Part shown: positions 1 through 12,919 of the stretch, in pieces
Position numbering within the stretch: the stretch's first letter is position 1
Layout: each line of letters starts with the position of its first letter
Source of the DNA: Eledone cirrhosa
Lineage: Eukaryota
DNA: 64,000 nt
Direction: 5' to 3'
Assembly (NCBI GenBank): GCA_964016885.1
Contig: CAXHJY010000142.1
Span: 1 to 64,000, forward strand
The notes under the pieces: generated by a model
What the model saw: the letters and a program-made list of their open reading frames with translations, nothing else
Database searches by the model: none
Told to the model about the DNA's origin: nothing
Position numbers and translations under genes: made by a program

Positions 1-910
1 ACAGCTATCGACTTTCATGCGCATCACGTGTCCATACCAACGTAGCCTTCTCTCGAGTAAACAACATCTGATCCCTCTTATCTCTAATTTTTTCCTTAGT
101 TCGTTTATGCTTTGCCGTTCACGTATATTACTGTTACACATCCAGCGGAGCATGCAAGCTTCGTTCCTCTCTAGTCTGCGTATATCCTCTGCACACAATG
201 CCCAGGTCTCACTGCCATGCAACATTGCTGTTCGTATGCAGGCATCGTACAACCTGCCTTTCATTTTTAGGGAGAACCCTTTAGCAGCTAATAGTGGTAT
301 AAGCTCTCTGAACTTTTTCCAACCAGTTCTGACTCTAGCTACAGTACTTTCAGAGCACCCTCCCCCACTGCTGATTTTATCGCCCAGGTAACGGAAGCTG
401 TCCACTATTTCTATAGAACCCTCTGCGCAATTGAAAGAGCTAGTATTGTGTGGGCACTTGCTGCTACTTATTGCACCAGAACACCGGCCACATGTAAAAT
501 CTATGTTCTTAGTTAGCTTACCTGTGATCCCACTACATCTTTTATGCACCCATACTTTGCATTTAGGACACAAAATGGAGTTTCTACCTACGCCTTTCCT
601 ACACACCGAGCACGACCATTTCCCAGAAGGGACCGCCGCCTTGTTTTCTTTCCTACAAACTAGAACTTTGGTCTTAGCCAGGTTAATTTTAAGTCCTTTT
701 GACTCTAGGCCGTGCTTCCATGTTTGGAATTTCTTCTCTAGCTCGGCCATTGATTCCGCTATGAGTGTCAGGTCGTCTGCGTATAGGAGTTCCCATGGGC
801 AGCCTGTCTTGAACTCCTCTGTTATAGCCTGAAGGGCAATAATAAATAGTAGGGGGCTGAGAACAGAGCCCTGATGGACGCCAACTTTTACGCTAAACTC
901 TTCACTATAT
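1..910 (-). mobile_element. RTE-clade LINE fragment (RT domain and downstream region), 5'-truncated, running off the left window edge
   Basis: The minus strand translates to [19 protein letters not shown]...GCPWELLYADDLTLIAES...GLKINLAKTKVL, and near the edge to RLRWYGHVMRM. These are non-LTR RT motifs (QGSVLSP, YADD) and the RTE C-terminal motif. Confidence 0.9.
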
Positions 911-1868
<958 letters not shown>

Positions 1869-2743
1869 CATATACATACATGTACATATACATATACACA
1901 TACATACACGCATATATACATATATATACATACATACATATATATATACATACATACATACATATACATACATACACACACATATACATACATACACACA
2001 TACATACATACACACACATATACATACATACACACATATATATACATACACACATATACATACATATATACATATACATACACACACATACATACATATA
2101 CACATACATACATACATACATACACATATACATACATACATATATACATACATACATATACACATACATACACATATACATACATACATATACATATACA
2201 TACACACATATACATGCATACATATACATACATACATACATACATATACATACATACACATACATATACACATATACATACATATACATGCACACATATA
2301 CATACATACATATACATACACACATATACATACATATACACATACATACATATATACATATACATACATATACACATACATACACATATACACATACATA
2401 CATATATACACATATACATACATATACATACATACATACATATACATACATATACATACATACATACATATACATACATACATACATATACATACATACA
2501 TATACATACACATACATACATACATACATACATACATACACATACATACATACATATATACACATACATACATACATATACATACATACATATACATACA
2601 TACATATACATATATATACATACATACATATATACATATACATACATATACACATATACATACATACATATATATACATACATACACATACACAGATACA
2701 TACATATACACATACATACATACATATATATACATACATACAT
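1869..2743. repeat. (CATA)/(CA)/(TA) degenerate microsatellite, about 875 bp
   Basis: Directly visible. Confidence 0.95.
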
Positions 2744-3302
2744 ATGGTGGCTGCCAACTCGTTTTCGAGTACGGCCACTACTTTATATCCATGTAGGAGA
2801 ACCCCTACCGATGCGCTGAACGAGTGTGACTTTTTAGTCCAGCCAGCGACTTGAAAACTCTGGTACAAACACTACACTTGTGACAATTACTGACACATAG
2901 TGCTGGGCCCATGGTACCATGTGACGACAAGTGCAGAGAGATCTCCAGATATAAAGCAATGCCTGTGCCGTGAAGCTTTTATAGTGAGCAAAGGCACTGC
3001 ACAAAGCCAGTCCCACTCTCTTAACCAAGATGATATTTACCAAAAAGAAGAACAAGTCAACATCATTGGATACCATCAGGGTTGCAGGTGTTATATCAGA
3101 GTTTTCCTTCTCCTAGAATTCTGCCTTGACAAAGGCTAAGGGGTCATCTCTCCCGGTGATTTTGGATGGCCATTGACTCTTAAGAGCTCCTTTGCCCTTT
3201 GACAGGTTTTGTTTTTAGTCCTGCAGGATGTCCAAAGTCACCCTCCTCACCAAGAAACCTTGGTGGGGTTGCCAGTTTAGTCGCCAACGACCCGACCATG
3301 GG
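2744..3302 (-). mobile_element. (AT)n-associated interspersed element, longer copy with head
   Basis: Head CATGGTCGGGTCGTTGGCGACTAAACTGGCAACC matches 24129-24162. Flanked by AT-type microsatellites on both sides. Confidence 0.75.
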
Positions 3303-3335
<33 letters not shown>

Positions 3336-3364
3336 TACATATATATACATATATATATATATAT

Positions 3365-3397
<33 letters not shown>

Positions 3398-3516
3398 TAT
3401 ATACATATATATACATATATACATATATATATACATATATAAATATATACATATATATATACATATATACATATATATATACATATATAAATATATACAT
3501 ATATATATACATATAT

Positions 3517-3650
3517 ATATTTATTAAAATAACAGATTAAAGTTTAAGCAAAGAATCGCTGCTTTCACCTTTAACGGGATCTTAAGATCCCGTTAAGGGT
3601 GAAAGCAGCGATTATTTGCTTAAACTTTAATCTGTTATTTTAATAAATAT
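3517..3650. repeat. Loopless palindrome (67-bp arms), Penelope-like inverted pseudo-LTR remnant
   Basis: Arms 3517-3583 and 3584-3650 are reverse complements with 2 mismatches, centred on CTTAAG. The right arm carries AAGA-TCCC-GTTAA-GGGT-GAAA, a partial hammerhead core. Confidence 0.75.
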
Positions 3651-4096
3651 TTGCTCTACGGTTCTTATATATTTGATATATATTTTCCTTATCGAGCCCT
3701 CTTTGGATTTTAGTCATCAATTTTATTATATTACTATACATATATATATATATATATATATAGTATTAGTTATACTATTTATGGTTATTTACCTACCTAA
3801 GTGCCTCTACCACACATATCTCTCTGCCACACTATATAAACAAGACGCACATGCGTGCCACACATATAACATTTGCACTATATAACCACTTATCTTCATG
3901 TTGTACTTTAACCTATACTTTGATTTTTGATTGTACCTATTAATATAAATGTAATCTCGAAGTGTGTACTGCCACTCTAAATTCTGTAATGAATGTTGAC
4001 CCACAATGTTTGAATATGTATCAATGTTTTGAATATGTATTTGGTATGTCTCTCGGCTGAAAAGGAGGTCATATAACTGTCCATGCATTAATAAAT

Positions 4097-4143
4097 TGCT
4101 CCGAAGAATCCAAACCTCGGTGTGGAGGAAACAGCTGTAAGCA
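4097..4143 (+). ncRNA. Minimal type I hammerhead ribozyme motif (variant core)
   Basis: Stem I TGCT/AGCA; core CCGAAGA; stem II TCCA/TGGA; GAAA; palindromic stem III ACAGCTGT; GUA cleavage triplet at 4137-4139. Confidence 0.6.
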
Positions 4144-4200
4144 CAATAATGTTTTGAGCAGTTCTTTGATTCTTATATTTCATATATTTCATATATTTCA

Positions 4201-4234
<34 letters not shown>

Positions 4235-4345
4235 CATATATATATAGCGAGAGTGTGTATATGTATATGTGTTATAAATATATATATATATATGTGTATA
4301 TATATATGTATGTATAGTATATGTATAGCTATATGTGTAGTGTAT

Positions 4346-4378
<33 letters not shown>

Positions 4379-5204
4379 GTATGTATAGTATATATATATG
4401 TATAGTATATACATATATATGTATGTATAGTATATACATATATATATATATATATATACATACATACATATAGTGTGTGTGTGTATATGTCTATAAATAT
4501 ATATACGTATGTGTGTGTGTGTGTATGTGCGAGAGAGTCACAGATGGTCAAGACATTGGTGTTTGATTACATCTAGGATTATAATCTAGGATTATACCTA
4601 TCTATACACTGTATAAAGGGATATAGCTTTAGTTTCTTGATGAGGCATACCTTGAAACTTTATTATGTGTCAGGAAGGAAAACAAATGCTAAATGATGAT
4701 GATGGTGATGATGTACCATGGTTGACTGGTACTTAAGTATCACCAAAGACAATAGTTAATATAATTCTGCATGAATTAGCTGTTGGCTTCAGTGAAACTT
4801 CAGTACCAGTCAACCATGTTATATATATTATAAATATGACTCTGCTACATATATCGAGCCATACCACAGTAAATAAATGTTGTTAGTTTTATAGGTATAA
4901 ATCTAAAACTTATCATCAATACACACACACATATATGTATATATAAATATATATATACACACACACGCATATGTATATATAAATATATATAAAATAATTT
5001 GACAGGACTAGCATAAGTTTCCCTGTTAGTAACGGTTGCATTTCAGCGTAAACAATAGGTAAGGTTATGTAAAAATCCTGGAGTAGACACAAAGTTAATT
5101 GCTTCAATATAACAGGATTTCAATATAACGGGATTTGAACTCAGATGTTAAATGATAATGATGATATATATATATATATGTGTGTGTGTGTTTGTGTGTA
5201 TATA

Positions 5205-5350
5205 TGAAAAGGCTTGTTGAGTACACAAGCCAAAACCACTTGGCGTTGCGGTCGAGATTTTACATATTTTTATACCCACCCTGCATCTCCCCATGTATTG
5301 AGTACTCTCATGGTTAGTCGTCTTCCCGGTCTCAGCACCACAGACTCTCT
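5205..5350 (+). mobile_element. Degenerate hammerhead-bearing Penelope-like pseudo-LTR remnant
   Basis: TGAAAA-GGCTTGT-(loop)-ACAAGCC-AAAAC...GTC, then the TTTTATACCC...ATGTATTGAGTAC tail shared with 18321-18348 and partly with 28330-28355. Confidence 0.45.
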
Positions 5351-5404
5351 ATATACACATATATATACACCCACTCATATATATATATATATATATATAT
5401 CATC

Positions 5405-5643
5405 CTCATCATCGTTTAACGTCCATCTTCCACACTAGCATGGGTTTGGACGGGAATTTTCTCACTTGAGGCAAGATTGGTTGTCTCGCTCGTATAGGAC
5501 TGTCTGGCAGGTTTTCTACGGCTGGGTGCCCTTCCTAACACCAACCACGTTTACAGTGTGGACTGGGAGGTTTTTACCGTGTTACTTACACGCCACATTA
5601 CAGCGTGGACTGTGCGTTTTTTTGGTCGTGACACCTACAACAA

Positions 5644-5645
<2 letters not shown>
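5405..5645 (-). mobile_element. SINE with Meta-like domain and RTE-type tail
   Basis: Minus strand reads GTGGTTGGTGTTAGGAAGGGCACCCAGCCGTAGAAAACC...CCATGCTAGTGTGGAAGATGGACGTTAAACGATGATG; nearly identical to 59205-59445. Confidence 0.8.
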
Positions 5646-5699
<54 letters not shown>

Positions 5700-5777
5700 T
5701 ATAACTATATACATATACCATTATAGCTGTGAAGCTATACCAGTGACTGAGAGAGAGAGAGATAGACAGAGAGACAA

Positions 5778-5813
<36 letters not shown>

Positions 5814-6294
5814 GTAGACAAAGGGAGAGAGACACCAAAAAAAAAGAGAGAAAAAGAGAGAGAAGGAGTCAACATAATACTTACATTTCTTAAATTTTAG
5901 AGAAAAATTTTAACTTTTTTTCAGAAAAAATCCGATGGAAATGAAAAGTCATATTTCATAGAGAAAACACAAAATATTTGTGGAAATACTATCAGGCTTT
6001 AAAAAATATAACTGTTTTACACTAACACTTCATTTTATCATTTTTTCATTGCATTTCTTACATGTTTAAATATGATATGTGCAGGTGTGCAGGTGTGAGC
6101 ACAAGCAGGTGAGTGTGCTCTTTGTCAAACTCATTTTTCTTTTTTTGGTCATATCCTGTAATTCTTTGTGAATGAGTGTGGCATGATATAACAACAACAA
6201 CAACAATGGTTATAGTAATTTCATGATGAAATAGAATATAAAATAAAGGAGGAACAGGAGGGGGGGAAAGAGGGTCTGTTGAATGAAGAGCAAG

Positions 6295-6455
6295 GTTCAA
6301 CAACAACAGTAGTAGTAGTAACAGTAACAGCAATAGTAGTAGTAGTAGTTGTAACAGTAATAGTAGTAGTGATAGTAGTAGTAGTAACAGTAGTAGTAGT
6401 AGTTGTAGTAACAGCAATAACTATAACACAACTAATACTACAGCGACTACTACAA
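6295..6455. repeat. (TAG)/(CAA) trinucleotide microsatellite
   Basis: Directly visible. Confidence 0.9.
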
Positions 6456-7186
6456 CCATATATATATATATATACAGCTGTTTCCTTACTGATGGCTGGT
6501 TATTGACATGTTAGCTGCACACATACCTACATACACACAGACACAAAAAGAAAAATACAAAATAAATACTACTACAACTACTAATAATAAACACTAGCAG
6601 TTTCACCAATATAAAGTTTGTTACAAGTCCCAGCTGTGACCCAACATGTGGCAAGAGAAGAATGGGACAGAAGGGAAATAAAAAAACTAAAAAAAATGCC
6701 ATCATCATCATCGCTTTTATTGTTATTATTACTATTACATATTTTTTTTTATTTAGCCTATTAGATTTCTATATAAAACTCCCACGCTTATATGGCCCCG
6801 TGGCGTATAAGAAAAATCACTATCATGTTTAGCAGTATTGGTTTTGGTTCTTTATGTTCTGAGGTCAAATCCCGCCATAGTCAACTTTACTTTTTCATCC
6901 TTTCTGGGGCTTGATGATATAAAGTACCAGTCAAATACTGGGGTCAATAACAGGGACTTTCTCTTTCTCTTTAAATTGCTGGCCTTTTGCCAAGATTAGA
7001 AACCATGATGATAATAATAATGGTTTCTGATTTAGGCACAAGGCCAACAATTTTGGGAGAGGAGAAAGCTGATTAAATCGACCCCAGTACATTACTGTCC
7101 AACTTTCGCTAGCAGGGAAAACGAGCATTAAACGATGATGATGATACATCCTCCCCAGATATATGTACATACATACACATGCATGC

Positions 7187-7217
<31 letters not shown>

Positions 7218-7589
7218 AAGAGAGCCAGACATATGGTATGTAAAGAAAATAAACAAATTCAAAAGGATTTAAACTAATCTGATTGAGATTAGTCAGGGGA
7301 GGAGGGAGGCGGTGGAGGGATGGAATGGAGGAATCAGAAATGAAAAACAAAACAACCCCCTCCCTTCCTACACCCCACGCCATGTTATGATTTATGTAAT
7401 GTTAGAATATAAATGTATACATATAGAGAGAGAGTGGGGGGGGGGGGGGGACAGAGAAGGCAGGAGCTAAAAAGTAAATGAAGTTTACTTTTGGATTATA
7501 AATAATTTGGACTGGCCTTCTTTCATATGCTATACTAATAATGAGTATTGATTTCCAATACTGGGAGAAGGCCACGTTGAAAGTGAAGA

Positions 7590-8005
7590 TGTGTGACCTA
7601 GTGGTCAGGAGGGGGCTGGGCTCACATTCATAAGATCATAGGTTTGATTCTCAGATCAAGTGCTGGCATGTTGTGTCCTTGAGCAAGACATTTCACTTCA
7701 CATTGCTCCGGTTCACTCAGTTGAGAAAAATGAGAAGCAGTACCAACAACAGCTGGAGGTTAACATTGTAATGGACTGCTGGTGCCTATCTTGTACTCAT
7801 AGTTGCTTAATACCACATGAAACTAGGATCAGGCCCAGATAGATGAACCTCCAGATGTAAGAAAGACTATCTTAATACCACATGAAACTAGGATCAGTCC
7901 CAGACAGATGAACCTCCAGATGTGAGAATGACTAACTTAATACCACATGAAACTAGGATAAGTCCTAGCCAGATGAGGCTCAAGATGTATGAAAGACTAA
8001 CTTTA
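7590..8005 (+). mobile_element. tRNA-derived V-like SINE whose tail is expanded into a 65-bp tandem repeat (3 copies)
   Basis: GACCTAGTGGTCAG head, GTGTCCTTGAGCAAGACA, TGGACTG; the CTTAATACCACATGAAACTAGG unit starts at 7806, 7871 and 7936. Confidence 0.7.
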
Positions 8006-8582
8006 TTTTAACTAACACAGGACCACATGTTCAAAGAAACGTAGGGTGAGGTTAGGGTCAGGTCAGGTGGTATAGGGTGGGGGTAACTAACTGTCAATGA
8101 AATAAACCCTAGTAGTTGACTGGTATGGTATTTTACAGAAGGATGAAGAATAAAGTTGATCTCAGGTGGTAACGTACAATAATTCTTTCTAACATTGACA
8201 CAAGGCCAGTCATCTGGAGGAAGGGGAAAGTTGATAACATCGAACCCCAGTATTTAACTGGGGTTGATAAAATTAAGTACCAGTAACGTACTGGGGTTGA
8301 TTAAATCAACTTTCCCCTTTCCCAAAATTGTTGTCCTTGTGCTTAAATCAGAAACAATTATTATTATTATTACTAATATGGATTGGCAGTATCAGTAGAA
8401 GGTCGGACATCATGCTTTGCAGCATAGAGTTATGGCCTTTTATGTTCACCAAGGTTAGCATTGCCTTTCATCCTTACGAGGTTGATAAAATAAAGTACCA
8501 GTAATGCACTGAGATAATTGCTGGCCTTGAGCCAAAAGTAGAAACAATTCTTATTATCAATCATCAACAACATCATCATTGT

Positions 8583-8614
<32 letters not shown>

Positions 8615-8615
<1 letters not shown>

Positions 8616-8815
8616 CTCAAAGAGTTTCCAAGGATGGTTAAAGAACATTAGTCCAGCCGCCTTTTTTGGAACACTTCAAAAGGCATGCTTGCTGGGAACA
8701 GTAAGAACCCTTCGATACGTCCTGAATATCTGAGGCTGCAGGTGGTGGCTTGATGTTTATTTGAACAGATGTTCCAGTTAAATAACATCAATGACCGAGA
8801 CTACAAGAATATTTA
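8615..8815 (+). mobile_element. R4/Dong-like RLE non-LTR retrotransposon 3' end in a (TAA)n tract
   Basis: Translates SKSFQGWLKNISPAAFFGTLQKACLLGTVRTLRYVLNI*, the LQKACLLGT.R.LR.VL C-terminus typical of R4-clade elements; immediately preceded by (TAA)10. Confidence 0.7.
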
Positions 8816-9139
8816 AAGAAACCATTATTATTATTAATGATAATAATGATCATCAAACAAAATATACGACCTCATCTTGCTATTTCTCTCTCACACAGTA
8901 TGAAAAACAATAAAAGTTATTTAAAAATTAATCAATATAAAGATTTTATTATTTGGGATTTTCCTTGTTATGATATCAGTGAAATGAAAGAGGGTAGAAT
9001 TTCACACCTACGATCTGAAGGAGAACGACACATACCTGAAGGAAATAGATACGTTGCAATGTTTGACAGATTCACAATATTTAACATATGTCTAACTTAG
9101 GGTTAATCAATGATTTGACAAGCCAAAAACAGTTCTGCT

Positions 9140-9410
9140 TTTTCTTCTTCTTCTTCTCTATTTTTACCCACTTATTCCTGGAAGGGCCATGGAAGCAGCA
9201 GACCTGTCAATCCTCCCTGACCGACGGGGAGATCTCTCACCCACCCCAAGGTGGGTGTTCTTCGCTCCTTCCACTCTTCTGCCTTTGTCTTCTTCACTAT
9301 TTTTGCCCACTTATTCCTGGGAGGGCCATGAAAGCAGCAGATCTGTCAACTCATCGGACGGGGAGATCTTCCACCCTTCCAACACAAGGTGGCTGAGAGA
9401 TGTCTTCTCT
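9140..9410 (-). mobile_element. LINE 3'-end fragment with internal duplication (family also at 16095-16295 and 56940-57275)
   Basis: Minus-strand CCCTTCCAGGAATAAGTGGGTAAAAATAGAGAAGAAG tail, present twice; homologous to CCCTTTCAGGAATAAGTGCGCGAAGAAGAAG at 57244. Confidence 0.6.
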
Positions 9411-9451
9411 TGAGGAACAATAAAATGTTGAGTAAAGAGAAGTAAAAAAAT

Positions 9452-9925
9452 AATGGTTTCTACTTTAGGCACAAGGCCAGCAATTTTAGGGGGGAAGAGG
9501 AAAGTCGATTAACTCGACCCCAGTATGTTACTGGTACTTTATTTTATCAACCCTGTAAGAATGAAAGGCAAAACCAGCCTCGGCAGGATTTGAACTCCGA
9601 ACGTAAAGGGCTGTAACTCTATGCCACAAAGCATGGTGTCCGACGCTCTTTCGATACTGACAATCCACTACACTTAATAATAATAATAGTAATAATAACA
9701 ATAATGGTTTCTGATTTAGGCACAAGGCCAACAATTTTTGGGGAGAGGAAAGTCTATTAAATCGACCCCTGCGTGTTACTGGTATTTTATTTTATTAACC
9801 CTGTAAGGATGAAAAACAAAGCTAACCTTCAGCAGGATTTTGAACTAAGAATGTAAGGGGACGTAACTATATGCTGCAAAGCATGTTTTCCGATGCTCTA
9901 CCGATTCTATTGTCAATCCACCCCC
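9452..9925 (-). mobile_element. Two tandem tRNA-derived SINEs with Nin-like central domain
   Basis: Degenerate A box, B box GAGTTCAAATCC, central GCCTTTCAT.CTTAC.GGGT.GATAAAATAAAGTACCAG, tail GCTGGCCTTGTGCCTAAA..AGAAACCATTATT. More than 15 copies or fragments in the window. Confidence 0.85.
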
Positions 9926-9960
9926 AGAGAAAATAATAATGATAACAATGATTTACTTAC

Positions 9961-10032
9961 TAGCATTATTTCATGATCAGGCACTGTCACAACTTCAGCA
10001 TAAGTTCGGAATAGGTAAGTTTTATCACCATT
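9961..10032 (-). CDS. PIK3C3: PI3-kinase catalytic subunit type 3 (Vps34), coding exon 6; gene continues beyond the left edge
   Basis: TAG|...|GTAAGT. 72 bp, NGDKTYLFRTYAEVVTVPDHEIML, aligns with human [24 protein letters not shown]; in phase with the previous exon. Confidence 0.85.
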
Positions 10033-10081
10033 CTAGACAAAATATAAATTTATTAATTATAAAACAATAAAAAACATTTAA

Positions 10082-10300
10082 CCCTTTAGTATTTACATTA
10101 CTCTATATTTACTATTGTTTTCACAGTAAACACTTTATTTCATACAATTATCTCATATAATATCGAATCTATGAGATTTTGATATTATTTATTTTGAGAA
10201 CCATACCTTAACATAAATTTGAGCAGCCGGTTATGGCCAGTTTGAACAGAAAGAGGTGAGAGAATTCTGGCCAGATATGGCCAGTTTAAATGCTAAAGGG
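10082..10300 (+). mobile_element. piggyBac-type (TTAA) MITE, about 220 bp
   Basis: TTAA-CCCTTTAG.ATTTA ... TAAATGCTAAAGGG-TTAA: terminal inverted repeats with TTAA duplication; 5 copies in the window. Confidence 0.85.
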
Positions 10301-10450
10301 TTAAATATAGAAAATACTGGAAAGTTCTGTGCAGTTATGCAGTGAATGTTTGCAGTAAAAATAAAACTATTGCACAATAATGGTTTCTGATTTACGTACA
10401 AGGACATGGCAACCTCTCTAGTGCTGGTGCCATGATAAAAAGCACCCAGT

Positions 10451-10570
10451 CAGTGCCAGATTTACCATTGTACCTATGTTTGCTTGGGGGACCCATCTTC
10501 CTGCCAAGAAATTTTTTTACCTCTTTCAGGGCCCAAGTAAAGGGTCTCATTTGTCCTAAATCTGGCACTG
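10451..10570. mobile_element. hAT-type MITE (120 bp) nested in a Meta-like SINE
   Basis: Perfect 14-bp TIR CAGTGCCAGATTTA/TAAATCTGGCACTG; 8-bp TSD CACCCAGT/CACCCAGA. Confidence 0.8.
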
Positions 10571-10825
10571 CACCCAGAACACTTTTAATAAAGTGACTGG
10601 TATTAGAAAGGGCATTCATTCAAGAAATCTTGCTAAACAAAGGGTCCAGTGGACTCTTCAGCCATGCCGAGGTCATGACAACCTCTCTAGTGCTGAGGAA
10701 TGACATCCAGTCATAGATATCATAACAAAATTGGAACTTACAGAGTGACACATGGGTCTCCTATCTAACTAGAAGAACTGTAGGTTTAATTAAACACTAA
10801 CTTGGTCTTTAAAGATCCATCCAAG

Positions 10826-11214
10826 CCACCACAACAATAACAATACTAACTACTAGTACCACCATCACCATTACAAAAATACTCTTACCACCATAACAAC
10901 AACAATAACTACTACCATCACTACAACAACAACAGTAACCACCACAACAACAATACTAACTACTACTACCACCATTACCACCACCACCACCACTACAACA
11001 ACAGTAACTACCACCACCACCACCACAACAACAACAACTACTACCACCACCACCACAATACTTACTACTACCACCACCACCACCACCACCACTACAACAA
11101 CAGTAACCACCACCACCACAACAACAGTAACCACCACCACCACCACAACAGTAACCACCACCACCAACAACAACAGCAACAACACCACCACCAACAGCAC
11201 CACCACCACCAACA

Positions 11215-11252
<38 letters not shown>

Positions 11253-11272
11253 AACGACAACAACAACAACAT
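10826..11272. repeat. (ACC)/(AAC)/(GAC) compound trinucleotide microsatellite
   Basis: Directly visible. Confidence 0.9.
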
Positions 11273-11298
11273 AGACAATTAAACAGTTGAGTACTTAC

Positions 11299-11481
11299 CT
11301 TCTCAAAATAAACGACAGTAAATTCAGTGCTATCAAAGTTAATGTAAGGAAATTCAATCATGAGGTACATAAAGTCTGAATTTCTCTTCTGTTTCTCGTT
11401 GATCATCTCAATCTCACGGAATGTCAACCTGTCTAACCAATCTACCTTCACCATGTGGCCATCACGGTACTTCTTGCTTAG
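11299..11481 (-). CDS. PIK3C3: Vps34 coding exon 5
   Basis: TAG|CTA...AAG|GTAAGT. 183 bp, [61 protein letters not shown]; near-identical to human [22 protein letters not shown]. Confidence 0.95.
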
Positions 11482-11529
11482 CTACAACAACAACAATAAC
11501 AACATCATCATCACCACTGCCCTTGTAAT

Positions 11530-11760
11530 AATGATTTCTACTTTAGGCACAAGGCCAGCAATTTGGGGAGAGGGGAAAGTCGATTAAATCGACCCCAGTG
11601 TGTGACTGGTACTTTATTTTATCCCCCCCCCCCCCCGTAAGGACGAAAGGCAAAGCTAACCTCGGCAGGATTTGAACTCAGAACGCAAAGGGCCGTAACT
11701 CTATGCCGCAAAGCATGTTGTCCAACGCTCTACCGGTACTGCCAATCCACTGCCCACAAT
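11530..11760 (-). mobile_element. Nin-like tRNA SINE
   Basis: Full head (GGATTGGCAGTACCGGTAGAG), B box and tail. Confidence 0.8.
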
Positions 11761-11850
11761 AATAATCGTTTCTAGTTTAGGCACAAGGCCAGCAAACTGA
11801 AAGGGGAAGATTGATGGGAGGGAATGTGTATGAGGGAAAGAACATGTAAT

Positions 11851-11882
11851 GAGAGAGAGAGAGAGACAGAGAGAGTTAGAGG

Positions 11883-11916
<34 letters not shown>

Positions 11917-12092
11917 GAGAGACAGGGAGAGTTAGAGAGAATGAGAGAGATAGAGGGAGAGAGAGAGAGAGAGAGACAGAGAGAGTTAGAGGGAGAGAGA
12001 GAGAGTTAGAGGGAGAGAGAGAGAGAGACAGGGAGAGTTAGAGAGAATGAGAGAGATAGAGGGAGAGAGAGAGAGAGAGAGACAGAGAGAGT

Positions 12093-12130
<38 letters not shown>

Positions 12131-12451
12131 GTTAGAGGGAGAGAGAGAGAGAGAGTTAGAGGGAGAGAGAGAGAGAGAGAGAGACAGAGAGAGTTAGAGA
12201 GAGAGAGAGAGTTAGAGGGAGAGAGAGAGAGAGAGAGACAGAGAGAGTTAGAGAGAGAGAGAGAGAGAGACAGAGAGAGTTAGAGGGAGAGAGAGAGAGA
12301 GACAGAGAGAGTTAGAGAGAGAGAGAGAGAGACAGAGAGAGTTAGAGGGAGAGAGAGAGAGAGTTAGAGGGAGAGAGAGAGAGAGACAGGGAGAGTTAGA
12401 GAGAATGAGAGAGATAGAGGGAGAGAGAGAGAGAGAGAGACAGAGAGAGTT

Positions 12452-12484
<33 letters not shown>

Positions 12485-12518
12485 GTTAGAGGGAGAGAGA
12501 GAGAGAGACAGAGAGAGT

Positions 12519-12556
<38 letters not shown>

Positions 12557-12836
12557 GTTAGAGGGAGAGAGAGAGAGAGACAGAGAGAGTTAGAGAGAGA
12601 GAGAGAGAATGAGAGAGATAGGGGGAGAGAGAGAGACAGAGAGAGTTAGAGAGAGAGAGAGAGAATGAGAGAGATAGAGGGAGAGAGAGAGAGACAGAGA
12701 GAGTTAGAGAGAGAGAGAGAGACAGAGAGAGTTAGAGGGAGAGAGAGAGAGAGACAGAGAGAGTTAGAGAGAGAGAGAGAATGAGAGAGATAGGGGGAGA
12801 GAGAGAGAGAGAGTTAGAGAGAGAGAGAGAGAGAGT

Positions 12837-12919
<83 letters not shown>

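Noticed and set aside
17-832. Plus-strand ORFs of 124 and 133 aa
   Set aside because: Antisense shadows of the RTE reverse transcriptase on the minus strand.
6612-6672. Minus-strand GTCCCA...TGGGAC hairpin followed by ACA as an H/ACA snoRNA
   Set aside because: Only one weak hairpin, with no convincing H box or second hairpin.
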